A DNA stretch of 64,000 bases from Eledone cirrhosa (taxonomy: Eukaryota), in the NCBI GenBank assembly GCA_964016885.1, contig OZ024741.1, forward strand, positions 6,510,001 through 6,574,000, given 5' to 3'. The position numbers were made by a program, and so were the translations under genes. This document shows, one piece after another, positions 11,692 to 24,700 of the stretch. Under the pieces are notes generated by a model. It was given only the letters and a program-made list of their open reading frames with translations, made no database searches and was not told where the DNA came from. Position 1 is the stretch's first letter. Each line of letters opens with the position of its first letter.

Positions 11692-12232
11692 TTAATTACT
11701 AGTTGTGATGTTGCTATTCCACTCATGTTTTTTGTTTAGAGTTCCTTTATATTTGTTTCCTCTGTGATTTGTCTAAGCATTGCATTTTTTCTGTGTGTGG
11801 ATATAATTTTTATTTCTATGTTTTCTAATGTGTCCCTATGTTCTATTTTGGCATGTTGGTGGAGTATTGGTGAGGTTTTCCCATCCTGGAGTTCTCGCCA
11901 GTGTTCACTTATCCTTTCTCCTATGCTAGGGGCTGTCTCACCTATGTATGTTATGTTCTTATTCCTACACTGTCCCTCAGTGCATCTTATGCTATATACT
12001 ACGTTCCTAGTTTTGCAGTTAGTTTGCAGGCTCAGCTTGCAGACTATGCATTTCCTATCAACACAGGGGGATCTTTGAAATGGGTATATTTTGCTAATTA
12101 GGGTTTTTATGGGAATACCTGGTCTTTCAACTATCTTAATATTTGATTTCAGCTTGTCTAGGGCCCTTCTAATTCTGTAAGCTAGTTCGCCTCTAGGGTT
12201 GTATTGACGAACATTACACTCTGGTATTTATT
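11692..12232 (-). mobile_element. Penelope-like element fragment (GIY-YIG endonuclease, C-terminal part)
   Basis: Manual minus-strand translation NCKTRNVVYSIRCTEGQCRNKNITYIGETAPSIGERISEHWREL matches the VVY-C-C-YIGET-ERxxEH pattern. Not listed in the ORF track. Confidence 0.85.
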
Positions 12233-12239
12233 GCTATCA

Positions 12240-12670
12240 TACCATGAGTAATGGTGCCATGACAAAAAGAACCTAGTCCACCTTGTAAGGTAGTTGAACT
12301 GGTGACATCACAAAAAGTACCCAGTCTAGCCTGTAAGATGACAGTGCTGGGGTCATGATAAACTGCTCCTGGTATATGCCGTCAAGCGGTTGGTTCTAGG
12401 AAGGTCATCCAGCTGCAGAAACCATGAACGAAAATAGAGCGTGTGACATGGTTACCTGTCCTGTCTAGCCACTTAATGTTATAACCTACCAAGACATGGT
12501 TACCTGTCCTGTCTAGCCACTTAATGTTATAACCTACCAAGACATGGTTACCTGTCCTGTCTAGCCACTTAATGTTATAACCTACCAAGACATGGTTACC
12601 TGTCCTGTCTAGTCACTTAACATTACAACCCATGCAAGCTTAGAAAACAGACATTAGATTGTGATGATAT
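12240..12670 (+). mobile_element. RTE-tail SINE/LINE 3' fragment containing a 48-bp tandem repeat (12445-12630, ~3.8 copies)
   Basis: GGTTGGTTCTAGGAAGGTCATCCAGCTG motif and AACCCATGCAAGC..GATGAT tail. GACATGGTTACC recurs at 12445, 12493, 12541, 12589. Confidence 0.75.
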
Positions 12671-12796
12671 ATTCATGTTACAACTGGACATTTTTGTGTT
12701 TTCCTTTGTTTTACAAGTGACAGAGTTGACATCCAGCATGAACATCAACCTGACCAGGCAGAAAAAAATTCCTTGAATAAAGAGGGATTGCAATGT

Positions 12797-12972
12797 TTAA
12801 CCATTTAACATTTATACCAGTCATATCTGGCCAGAATTCAATCACCTCCTTCTATTCAAACCGGCCGTAACTAGCAGCTCGTACTGATGTTAAGGTATTG
12901 TTCTCAAAATAAATAATATCAAAATCTCATAGATATATACAATAGTAAATATAGAGTTATGTAAAGGGTTAA
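12797..12972. mobile_element. piggyBac-like MITE (TTAA-bounded)
   Basis: TTAACCATTT...AAAGGGTTAA ends. Similar ends at 47660-47922. Confidence 0.45.
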
Positions 12973-14015
12973 GCCTCCCCAGTAAAGTCTATGCTGTCTG
13001 TCAAAGAGATGTAGGGATATTATCAAGTCCAAGCTAGCTGACAAACTGTGGCTTTCACCCCAGATGGAACACAGCTGATCAAATATTCACACTGCAGCAG
13101 GTCTTTGAAAAATTGTGGAAATATTGTCATATGGTGAATACTTGTTTTGTAGACCTTGAAAAGGACCTGTTGAGGAATGTTCTGCAGGAGTATGGGACAG
13201 TTTCTTGTTGGCCTAATTTGGCAGTATCAGTAGAGCGTCAGACACCATGCTTTGCAGCATAGTTATGGCCCTTTGCGTTCTGAGTTCAAATCCATTAAGG
13301 TTAACTTTGCCTTTCATCCTTACGAGGTCGATAAAATAAAGTACCGGTAATGCACTGCGGTAATCGCTGGCCTTGTGCCAAGAGTAGAAACTCTATTTAA
13401 ATACCATAGTATTTGTGTTCCAGATAAATGGTTCTAAATGAAAACAATTCAATGTGGGTGTTAGACTGTCACCTCTCCTGTTCATAATCTTCTTGGACAG
13501 GATTGACATGTGCTGGGTTAGAAGTGGTATAAAGACTGGCAGATGTAAGATTGACATGTGCTGGGTTAGAAGTGGTATAAAGACTGGCAGATGTAAGATT
13601 GACATGTGCTGGGTTAGAAGTGGTATAAAGACTGGCAGATGTAAGATTGACATGTGCTGGGTTAGAAGTGGTATAAAGACTGGCAGATGTATGATTTACA
13701 TGTGCTGGATTAGAAGTGGTATAAAGACTGGCAGATGTAAGATCAGACAGCTGGAATTTGTGGACGGCATGATATTACTTCACTCAACAGAAGATGATCT
13801 CTGACTTGCACTTAATAGGTTTACTGCAGAGTGATGCATGACTGGAATGAAAGTCAATGCTGTAAAACCTGAGATACTTGTCCCCTCAAGGAAGCCTGCA
13901 CAGTGCACTTTATCTATGCAGGTGGAAAAGTTCAAGTATGTTGGGGCTGTGTTAACGAGTGGTGGAAGGCAGGAGGCTGAATTAAGTGCAAGAAATGCAG
14001 GAACTGGTGCAGTAC
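12973..14015 (+). mobile_element. Degenerate RTE-like RT fragment with nested SINE and internal 48-bp x5 tandem repeat (13501-13742)
   Basis: SLPSKVY, DQIFTLQQVFEK, CFVDLEK, LSPLLFIIFLD and QVEKFKYVG remnants. Confidence 0.72.
13219..13391 (+). mobile_element. tRNA-derived SINE with Deu/Nin-like central domain
   Basis: A-box-like TGGCAGTATCAGTAGAGCG, B-box GAGTTCAAATCC, then GCCTTTCATCCTTACGAGGTCGATAAAATAAAGTACC. Domain name is from recall. Further copies at 30450-30622(+), 31937-32103(+), 49151-49322(-), with decayed ones near 27900, 52190, 56655, 59140. Confidence 0.75.
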
Positions 14016-14165
14016 ACATTAAAGGTCGGCAGAGAAGGGGGGGGGGGCAAATAAAGAGGGATATGAGAAAATTTTTTTAAATAAATATATATGAAAAATA
14101 TATATCCAATACATATTTCTTATGTGTTTGTCATATAACTATTGAAGACTGTATTAAATTAATCA

Positions 14166-15474
14166 TCACACCACTACACCACCACCACCACCATACCACC
14201 ACACCACCACCACACCACCACCACCACCACCACCATACCACCACCACCACCACCACACCATCACACCACCACCATACCACCACCACACCACCACCACACC
14301 ACCTCCATCACACCACCACACCATCACACCACCACCACCACCACCATACCACCACCACACCACCACCACCACACCATCACAACACCACCAACACCACCAG
14401 CACACCACCACCACGAGACCATCACCACACCATCACCACACCACCACCACCACCACCATACCACCACCACCCACCACACCACCACCACACCATCACCACA
14501 CCAACGCCACACCACCACCACCACACCACCACCACCACACCACCACCATCACACCACCACACCACCACCACCACACCACTACCACCACAACACCAACACA
14601 CCACCACCACCACACCACCACCACCACACCATCACACCACCACCACACCACCACCACACCACCACCACCACCATACCACCACCACCACCACCACACCATC
14701 ACACCACCACCATAACACCACCACACCACCACCACACCATCACACCACCACCATACCACCACCACACCACCACCACACCACCTCCATCACACCACCACAC
14801 CATCACACCACCACCACCACCATACCACCATCACACCACCACCACACCATCACAACACCACCAACACCACCAGCACACCACCACCACGAGACCATCACCA
14901 CACCATCACCACACCACCACCACCACACCACCACCATACCACCACCACCCACCACACCACCACCACACCATCACCACACCACCACCACACCACCACCACC
15001 ATACCACCACCACCCACCACACCACCACCACACCATCACCACACCACCACCACACCACCACCACCACACCACCACCACCACACCACCACCATCACACCAC
15101 ACCACTACCACCACAACACCACCACACCACCACCACCACACCACCACCACCACACCACTACCACCACCACACCACCACCACCACACCACCACCACCAACC
15201 ACACCACCACCACCACCACCACACCACCACCACCACAACCACCACACCACAACCACCACAACCACAGCACCACCACCACCACACCACCACCACCACACCA
15301 CCACTACCACCACCACCATTACACCACCACCAGCACCACTACCACCACCACCACCACCACCACACAACTACCACCACCACACCACCACCACCACCACTAC
15401 CACCACTACTACCAGCACTACCACCACTCTACCAGCACCACACCACCACCACTGCACCGCCACCACCACCACCA
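14166..15474. repeat. Imperfect (CAC)n/(CACCA)n microsatellite, ~1.3 kb, with an internal block duplication
   Basis: Direct reading. The rare landmark CACGAGACCATC occurs at ~14412 and ~14885. Confidence 0.95.
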
Positions 15475-15702
15475 CAGAAAGTAGTGTCACTCAATTTAAA
15501 ATACATATTATCTTCATCATTTCGTCAGAGACTAAGAGAAAATAAAATAGATATGCGTAACGGTAAAATTACATATTCAAATTACCACACCAATTTGAAT
15601 ATGTAATTTTACCGTTACGCATATCTATTTTATTTTCTCTTAGTCTCTGACAAAATGATAGAGGTAGCCTGTATTTTAAATTGAGTGACACTACCTTCTG
15701 TG
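15474..15702. repeat. Long palindrome, ~110-bp arms, 8-nt loop
   Basis: ...AAAATTACATATTCAAATT-ACCACACC-AATTTGAATATGTAATTTT...; arms extend to GTAGTGTCACTCAATTTAAAATAC / GTATTTTAAATTGAGTGACACTAC. Confidence 0.92.
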
Positions 15703-15748
15703 TTTAGCAATTTTTAGACAACTCTATCATAGAAACAATTGTTAGACT
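15642..15748 (+). ncRNA. Minimal type I hammerhead ribozyme motif (G8>A, probably inactive)
   Basis: AGTCT-CTGACAA-aATGATAGAG...CTCTATCATa-GAAAC-AATT-GTT-AGACT. The opposite palindrome arm keeps CTGACGA. Confidence 0.7.
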
Positions 15749-15968
15749 GTAAATAAATTTCCTTGCTTGCACTGTCGACCATGTTACTCTTCAATTTTTC
15801 AATTTTATTACTCCAAGATATACTTACACAGGAATACAAGTGAAGTCATAAACTCGTGGTCCATATAAACCTCTTGTTGAGCCTTACTACGCCGTACGCT
15901 TAAACTATTCATGATAAGAAGTTTTCACAACCTCTAATCGGATTACCTTTAATGATATCTTGTTATCT

Positions 15969-16149
<181 letters not shown>

Positions 16150-16413
16150 GAATTTGTGTTTAAATAGTATTTAAAAGATTCAAACGTTAACTGAGACCAG
16201 TCAATAATGGTGTGTCTAATATAGACATTTATTTCCTATGTAGAAAAATGGCATTTCAAAGTTTCAGCTTCATAGCTTCATTACATACTGAATCATGATA
16301 GCCATTTAACACTACATGTTTTTGGTGTTTGAATGTGTGTAGAGAACAGTTGACTATATAGACACACACATATATATATATTGTATAACAACTGGGTAAT
16401 GTAGACATATATA

Positions 16414-16494
<81 letters not shown>

Positions 16495-16499
<5 letters not shown>

Positions 16500-17208
16500 C
16501 AAGGTTTAGCAAATAAGAAAAAGTTTCAAAATAAATTTCAAAAAAATTCACTATACTTACTATGGTTACCTTTACCGAATCGGTTTCGAGTCTCAAAAAT
16601 AAATGGAAAGTCCTTGCGGGCTTCCATTGAAAAGATAAACTCTCGTCAGAAGGTTCTTTTCACTCGGAGAATATAAAATTCCCGAGTTCAAATTACGAAC
16701 TGGCGCTATTCAAAATTGTTCCTGAGATGAGAGTGAATGATGTGGAAGCAATTCTGTCCAGTGCCGTGTGTAAAGATAGAAGTACATGTGTTCCTATTCG
16801 TTTTTTGTGTGTAGGAATATATACTTTATTATTATTAATCTCCCCCTGGTCGAGATGAAATCTGGTCATTTTGACTGCTGTTATTTATAGTGATAGTAGA
16901 CTGACTTCCCTGCCTCTGCTTCTATCTTTACACTCGGCACTGGACAGAATTGCTTCCACATCATTCATTCGCATCTCGGGAACAATTTTGAATAGCGGCA
17001 GTTCGTAATTTGAACTCGGGAATTTTATATTCTCCGAGTGAAAAGAACCTTCTGACGAGAGTTTATCTTTTCAATGGAAGGCCGCAAAGACTTTCCATTT
17101 ATTTTTGAGACTGAAAACCGATTCGGTAAAGGTAACCATAGTAAGTACAGTGAATTTTTTGAAATTTATTTTGAAACTTTTTCTTATTTGCTAAACCTTG
17201 ATTATATA
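16495..17208. repeat. Inverted repeat, ~290-bp arms (16495-16781 / 16919-17208), Penelope pLTR-like
   Basis: Arms are near-identical reverse complements, and each carries a hammerhead motif. Confidence 0.92.
16568..16654 (-). ncRNA. Type I hammerhead ribozyme, intact core
   Basis: Minus strand ACCTT-CTGACGA-GAGT...ACTC-GAAA-CCGATTCGG-TA-AAGGT: stems I-III pair, GUA cleavage triplet. A variant copy lies at 17047-17133(+). Confidence 0.82.
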
Positions 17209-17460
17209 TGTTCTGGCTCGTTAATTTATTAACCTGCCATTGAACCACATTGGCATATGGTTGGATAATACATGTGTTCCTATTCGTTTTTTGCGTGTAG
17301 GAATATATATATATATATATATATAAGTAGAAGGGGTATTTAATTTGTTGGAAGTCCGACAAATATAAATGTTCATATCTGATTTAGAGCACTCAACAGT
17401 TATGGAGTAAATATTCAAAGATATTAAATAAATGGAAACTATATTTATAAAACCATATTT

Positions 17461-17523
17461 ATTTTATTATATATATATTTCAAGGGTACCAAAACACATT
17501 GGTACACTTTCATCAGATAAAAT
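17461..17523 (-). ncRNA. Minimal type I hammerhead ribozyme with palindromic stem III
   Basis: Minus strand ATTTTAT-CTGATGA-AAGTGTACCA.ATGTGTTT.TGGTACCCTT-GAAA-TATATATA-TA-ATAAAAT. Confidence 0.78.
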
Positions 17524-17618
17524 ACAAAGTTTGTTTTATAAATAGAAACATACCCCATGAAAATCATACCTTATCGGTTGGATATTCTCTGAGAGAATAT
17601 CCAACCGATAGTATGTCA

Positions 17619-17687
<69 letters not shown>

Positions 17688-17760
17688 TATATATCTACAG
17701 TATCCAACTGTCATACTATATATATGACTATATGTCTACAGTACCCAGCTGTCATACTAT

Positions 17761-19215
17761 ATCATCATCATTTTACGTCCGCTTTTCCTTGCTTGCAAGG
17801 TTGAGACGGGTCCTATTCAGCAGAGCATCTCTCCTCCTTCGTCATCTCCTCTGTCAACTTCAGTGACCTGAGGTCTGCTCTCACTACCTCCACCGATATT
17901 TTACGTGGTCTACCTCTACTGCGTCTTCCTTCTACTGGGATTTCTTGGCACTTCTTTACCCAGCGGTCATCCTCCATGCGCATCACATGTCCATACCATC
18001 TCAGTCTTCTCTCCTGCACACCACAACTTATCCCTCTTATACCCAGTTTCTTTCTCAACTCGTCTATGCTTGGTCGTTCACGCACATCCAACGGAGCATA
18101 CTTGCTTCATTTCCCTCCAGTTGTCGCATATTCTCTGCAGTTGCTGACCATGTCTCACTACCATGCAGCATCGCGCATCTCACACAGGCATCATATAACC
18201 CTCCTTTCGTACGCAGGGAGAAACCCTTCTTGTCAATAAAGGAAGCAGCTCCCTAAACTTCTTCCAACCCGTCCTTATTCTAGATACTATGGCCTCGGAA
18301 CACCCCCTCCTAATCTGATCACCTAGGTACCGGAAGCTATCAACCACTTCTATAGAACCTGCCTGCATTGGAAAAAATGTGTTGTGTCTATCATTGCGAT
18401 TACTACTGCCAACTTTCCTTGTACATCTACTGCATACGTAGTTTTCCCTACCTGTTAGTTTGCCTGCTGTCCCACTACATCTCTTGTGTACCCAAGATCT
18501 GCATTGCGTACATTTTATGGAATTTATGCCAGTTCCTTTCCGACATATCAAACATGGCCATTTCCCTGATGGAATCGGAGTATTGTCCTCTCTTCTACTT
18601 ATTAACACTTTTGTTTTAGCTATGTTCACTCTCAGTCCTCTTGATTCCAACTGCTGTTTCCATAGCCAGAATTTATTCTCTAGCTCCTCTACTGATTCTG
18701 CTATAAGAGCCAGATCATTAGCATAGAGAAGTTCCCATGGGCATCCAGTCTTAAACTCCTCTGTTATGGCTTGGAGGACTATAATGAACAAGAGCAGGCT
18801 GAGGACCGAACCCTGATGTACACATACTTGTATCTGGAATTCCTCACTAAACTCCATACCTACTCTCACTTTACTGACAGTACCCTTGTACATAGCTTGC
18901 AATGTCCTCACAAGCCATTCCTCTACACCTAGTTTCCTTAGGACCACCAGATGACAGATTGGGGTACCCTAGGTCAACAAAAGCTAAGTATAGTGGCTTA
19001 TTCTTCTCTAAGAACCTCACTTGTAGTTGCCTCATTAAGAAGAGGGCATTTGTTGTACTTTTCCGAGGCACAAAACCAAACTGCATCTCATCTAATTTGA
19101 CCCTTTCTCTAATCAGTTGCGCTAATATTCTCTCTGCCACTTTCATAACCTGATCCATCAGCTTTATGCCCCTATAATTGCTCCTCTCTAGAGCATCCCA
19201 TTTACTTTTGTAACA
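17761..19215 (-). mobile_element. RTE-clade LINE, 5'-truncated, decayed, with PHD finger
   Basis: ORFs 18871-19242, 18180-18947, 17813-18091 homologous to 2809-4392. (ATG)n tail at 17761. Confidence 0.9.
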
Positions 19216-19297
19216 ATTTGGGTAATGTAGACATATAGACATATATATATATATATAAATGTTCGGTAAACTGATACGTACATATATATATGTGTGC

Positions 19298-19375
<78 letters not shown>

Positions 19376-19494
19376 GTGCTACTGTACGTCTGTATACATA
19401 TATGTATGTACGTATACTTACATACTTACATTTAAGTAAGTGGCGTACTAAGAGTGAGAAATGAAATTTCGTTTCATTCTATTCCATATATATA

Positions 19495-21728
19495 TGCATG
19501 GCACTAACAGAAACGCACCTGACAAGCAGTATAGCAGATGCGAAAATACATATATCAAAATATACTATATTTTGTTCAGACAGGAAGGAGAGAACTCATG
19601 ATGAGGTTGCTCTGTATATCCATGAAGATGTCACACCCATTGTACTTTTGACACATTCAAACTCAGTCTATCACACACTGATAGTACATATGAAGCAACT
19701 AAAGACAGAAATGTGTGTCATATCGGCCACCCGATGCCCCCAGTCATGAGGGTAAATTTGAGGATAGCATCAGTAGGATAGAAGAGGTCCTTGACAAACT
19801 GGACATTCTACTGCTGGAGGACTTTAACTTACCAAAGGTCAAATGGCCTGAGGGCCACCTCCTCCCTGGAATGACATCACTCGCACAGAGACAGACGGAG
19901 TCCCTGCTGGCCCTCACACACAGGCTTTTCATGGAACAAGCAGTACTCCTCCCTACAAGAGGCGAGAATTTCCTGGATCTCTGTTTTACAAACAACGCAG
20001 TGCTCATCCACAATGTAAAGGAGACACCAACGATTTTATCGGATCATAACTTAGTAGAACTAATGATATGTGGTTTGAGAGTCAGCAGAGACACAACCAT
20101 CAAGAAGCACTGGGAATTTATCCAGCCTTAACTTTCACAAGGCTAACTGGAAAAAGATCAAGAGATCTGGAAGTAAAACTGGAGCGACATCACCACACAA
20201 GACACCAACACACATTTTCAACATTTCATGACAACAATACAAACTATATGACAAGTTTGTCCCAGAGAAAAAAGCCAACGTACACAAAAATCTTATTCCC
20301 AGAAACAGGAAAATCCTTATGAGACGAAGAACTAACCTCTCAAACCAGTTAAATGCACAACAAAAAAAAACAAGAAGGAATCCTAACTGAAATGTGCACT
20401 ACTTGACATTGAAACTGTACTCAAACTTTCCCATGAAAAGGAGAGGGCAGAGAGAGAAATCAGGGCCATAAAGAATATTTAAACAAATCCTAAGGCCTTC
20501 TTTAAATTTGCAAAAGAGACTGCCTCGGTACACTGCAAGATTTGGCCACTCTTCCATAAAGATGGTTCATTAACTGAGGATCTCCAAGGGATAAGTGAAA
20601 TACTGAATGAACACTACATGTCGATCATCAACCATATAGACATAACGGCGGAGGATGCGGTATCCGCCGTAAACGAAATTAGAACAAACTCAGCTGCTGG
20701 ACCTGATGGATTCCCAGCAGCCCTCCTAAAAACATATAAGCGTGCTTTAGCAAGACCACTGAAGATCCTCTTCAGAAGGTCTTTGGCTAACAGTAAACTA
20801 CCCAGAGAACTAAAAGAAGGCACAATATGCCCTATCCATAAAGGAGGAAGTAGAGTGGAGGCCAAAAACTGCAGGCCAGTCTCCCTGACGTCACATATCA
20901 GTAAGGTCATGGAGCGTATCATCAGAAAGAAACTGATCACGTTCCTCGAGGAAAATAACCACCTAGCTAGCACGCAGCATGGCTTCCGCCCGGGAAGAAG
21001 CTGCCTTACACAGCAGTTACAACACTATCACTGGGTACTGAAACAACTGCTGGAAAGCTCACATGTGGACATGATATATCTTGACTTTGCGAAGGTATTT
21101 GACAAGGTCGACCACAGAATGATATGTCACAAACTACACAGACTCCCATAACTGGAAAAGTAGGTGAGTGGCTGCATGATTTCTTAAAAGATAAAAGCCA
21201 GACAGTTGCAGCCAACGGAGCCCTCTCAAAGGAAACACCAATAACAAGTGGGGTGCCCCAGGGCACAGTCTTGGGACCACTACTGTTTTTGGTGGCTCTC
21301 TCAGACATGCCCTCTATAGTATATACAACATCCCTCACTAGCTATGCTGATGACACTAAGGTAGCACAGGAAATCAAAACCCAGCTGATGCTGCACTTTT
21401 ATAACAAGATCTGGATGCCATAAACAAATGGGCTGAGGACAACAACATGTAGTTTAATGCTGGAAAATTTCAAGCCCTACAATACCAACCTGCAAACACA
21501 AATACAATACAACACAGCTACACTGGACCAGGAGGGATTGAAATCCCTATGCTGAAATCATTACGAGACCTGGGAATAGACAAGAGTGATGATGCATCTT
21601 TTTCTTCACACATCATGAGGGTGGCGACAATGTGCAGAATACTCGCTGGCTGGATCTTGAGGACTTTCCGGACAAGAGACCGAGAGACCATGTTGATACT
21701 ATGGAGGACATTTGTCCTAAGCCACTTG
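19495..21728 (+). mobile_element. CR1-like LINE (APE + RT), decayed and 3'-truncated
   Basis: ALTETHL, YRPP, DFNLP, LDLCFTNN, SDHNLV; AAGPDGFP, RPVSLTSHISKVMERII, QHGFRPGRSC, IYLDFAKVFDKVDH, SGVPQGTVLGPLLFL, YADDTK. Confidence 0.9.
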
Positions 21729-24700
21729 TCAGATCCCTCCTATATGCTGAAGTCCCTACATACTACACCAGGACTAATTGCAAGAATCGAAGAAAGCAGT
21801 GTCATTTAGTGGAAGGTCATGAAGTCAAGTCAAGTGATGCTATTGGGCATGTTGACAATGTCCATCCCAACAACAGAGAATGTTTTTATTTATGGCTACT
21901 TTGCATACTGTTCGAGGACCAACATCATTTGAGAATCTTAGGTGCTTCAGAGGAAGGGAGTGCGCAACATACCAAGAAGCATGTAAACAGCATGGGCTCT
22001 TGCATGACAATGGACACTGGAAGAAGTGCCTAGAAGAAGCAGCAATCACTCAAGTAGCCAGTCAAATAAGACAATTATTTGCTATTATGCTCACAGCATG
22101 TGGAATTGATGAAGTTCATCTACTCTGGCAGAGTACAAAAACAATATGTTGGACAACTATCTACACCTAGCCCGAAGATATCATATATGGAATCACCCCC
22201 AGGATTTAAAATCAAGCTCTCTGTGACCTGTCCCATCGAGTTCAGGCAATGAATAGCACATTAGCTAACTATGGGATGCCAGAGCCAGATGAAGAAATGG
22301 AGGTAGCACAAGAAATTTTTCAGGAGACATCATCATCGTTTCACGTCCATCTTCCACGCTAGCATGGGTTTGGACAGGAATTTTCCCACTTGAGGCAAGA
22401 TTGGTTGTCTTGCTCGTATAGGACTGTCTGGCGGGTTTTCTACAGCTGGATGCCCTTCCTAACACCAACCACGTTTACAGTGTGGACTGGGAGGTTTTTA
22501 CCGTGTTACCTACACGGCCACATTACAGCGTGGACTGTGTGTTTTTTTGTCGTGACACCTACACGCCCTCATTTGTTTCGGACTGGATGTTGTGGCACCA
22601 ACATAACTTTACATTGGAAGGGGTGGTGTAGATGGGGGTAGTGGGGCCGGGGTGTATTTTGTTAGAGGTGCCTACTGACTGTAGGTTTCGCTTTGTACTT
22701 AGGCAAGGCGGGTCTTCTGTATTACTGTGTATCGCCAAAGATCTCGGTCCAGTGACATTGTCTTGGAGAAGTGTAAGTGTGTGAGGTCGGAATTTATCAA
22801 GTCGTCCCAGGTTTTTCTGGGTCTGCCTACTCCGTGGCTACCGTCTATTTTTATTGCCCTGCACTTTTTTATACAGCTGTCGTCTTTCATGCGCAAACTA
22901 CGATATTCAAGCATTGCGTAAGTTTGTGGATGAAAATGAACCTCGATTGATGGATGACCAGAAATACGCCTACAACAACATCATCGAAAACATTCAAAAT
23001 GACAAGGGAGGACTTTTCTTCATCAATGCTCCTGCTGGCACAGGCAAGACATTCCTCATAAACCTCCTGCTTGCAAAAGTTCGCCAAAAGCAACATATTG
23101 CCCTTGCTGTGGCTTCAAGTCGCATTGCAGCAACACTTCTGGATGGAGGAAGAACTGCACACTCCATGTTTAAGCTGCCCATAGAGCTCACACGGCATAA
23201 ACAATCTTTTTACAACATCAAGAAGAACTCATTCAAGGGCAAGCTTCTGCAAACATGCAAGATGATAATTTGGGATGAAGCTGCTATCAGCAAGGAGCAA
23301 TTGAAGCTTTGGACCGGACGATAAGGGATCTGAGAGAAATAGTTGCATAATGGGAGGAGTGACAATGGTTCTTGCTGCTGATTTCAGACAAAGTCTGCCT
23401 GTAATTCTTCGAGGGACTCGAGCTGATCAGGTCAATGCCTGTCTGAAAACATCCTATCTCTGGCTCCACTTTCAGCTGCTGAGCCTTTCAACCTACATGC
23501 GAGTGCACTTAGCTGGTGACGAAGGTGTCAGTGAGTTTGCCATCCAACTACTTAAATTGAGAAATGGACTTCTTGAAAAGGACTCCAATGAGCATATTCA
23601 GTTGTCATTTGGCCATATCATTGACACAGAACAAGAACTGATTGCCAGAGTGTTTCCAAACATTCAAACTAGGCAATGTGATCCGAAATGGCTCTGTGAA
23701 CGAGCAATCTTAGCACCTAAAACTGTTGCTGTGAAAGAAATCAACAGAAGGCTGCTGGAGATGTTACCGGGACAGAAAATATGCTACAAATCAGTTGACA
23801 CAATCACTTATCAAGACCAGGTTGTAAACTATCCAACTGAATTTTTGAACAGTCTTGAACAAGCAGGAATTCCTCCACACAACCTGATACTGAAGCTTGG
23901 AGCATTGGTTATGCTACTTCGCAATCTGGATCCTCCAAAACTTTGTAATGGCACAAGACTCATCATAAAAAATATGATGTCCAATGTTCTAGAAGTTGCA
24001 ATCATGTCAGGAAAATTTGCTGGTGACAATTGTTTCATTCCCAGAATACCTCTGAAGCCAACTGATTTGCCATTTGAATTTCAAAGACTTCAATTTCCGA
24101 TCAGGCTGTTTTGTCATGACCATTAATAAATCTCAAGGGCAATCATTGAAAGTCGTTGGGTTGAATCTGGCAGATCCTGTCTTTTCGCATGGTCAACTCT
24201 ATGTTGGCACAAGGGTTGGGAACCCTGATTGTCTCTTCATTGTGGCACCACAGGGCAAAACCAAGAATGTTGTTTATCCAGAGGCTTTGGAATGAGCAAT
24301 GTCGTAATTCCTCATTCAATGACAATACACATTCCTTAGTCATGTAGTTTGCAAGGAATTCTGAAGCCACAAATTTACTGCATGGTGTTACTTTGGAAGA
24401 ATATGCAGGCATTCCCGGGTACCTCTGCTACATAAAGTAGTATAAGTGAGGACTTTGTTGGGTAGAAATAGCAGCCAAATTTCCTTCAAATCCCACCTTA
24501 CTTTCTCAGGTATGTATATATGTATGAAGCAAAAAGTAATGGTTCTATGTGATAACGATCTACTAGAAATATTAGCAAAATCCATTTCAAATCACAAACA
24601 ACTGTCTTACACACATACATGTGAGTGTATGTATCTATGTATGTCATGTGAGCTACTATAACTGTTGGTATAGCTAATAGAAATAGAAAACAAATCTCCC

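Noticed and set aside
14166-15367. G/V/W-rich ORFs
   Set aside because: Translations of the (CAC)n microsatellite.
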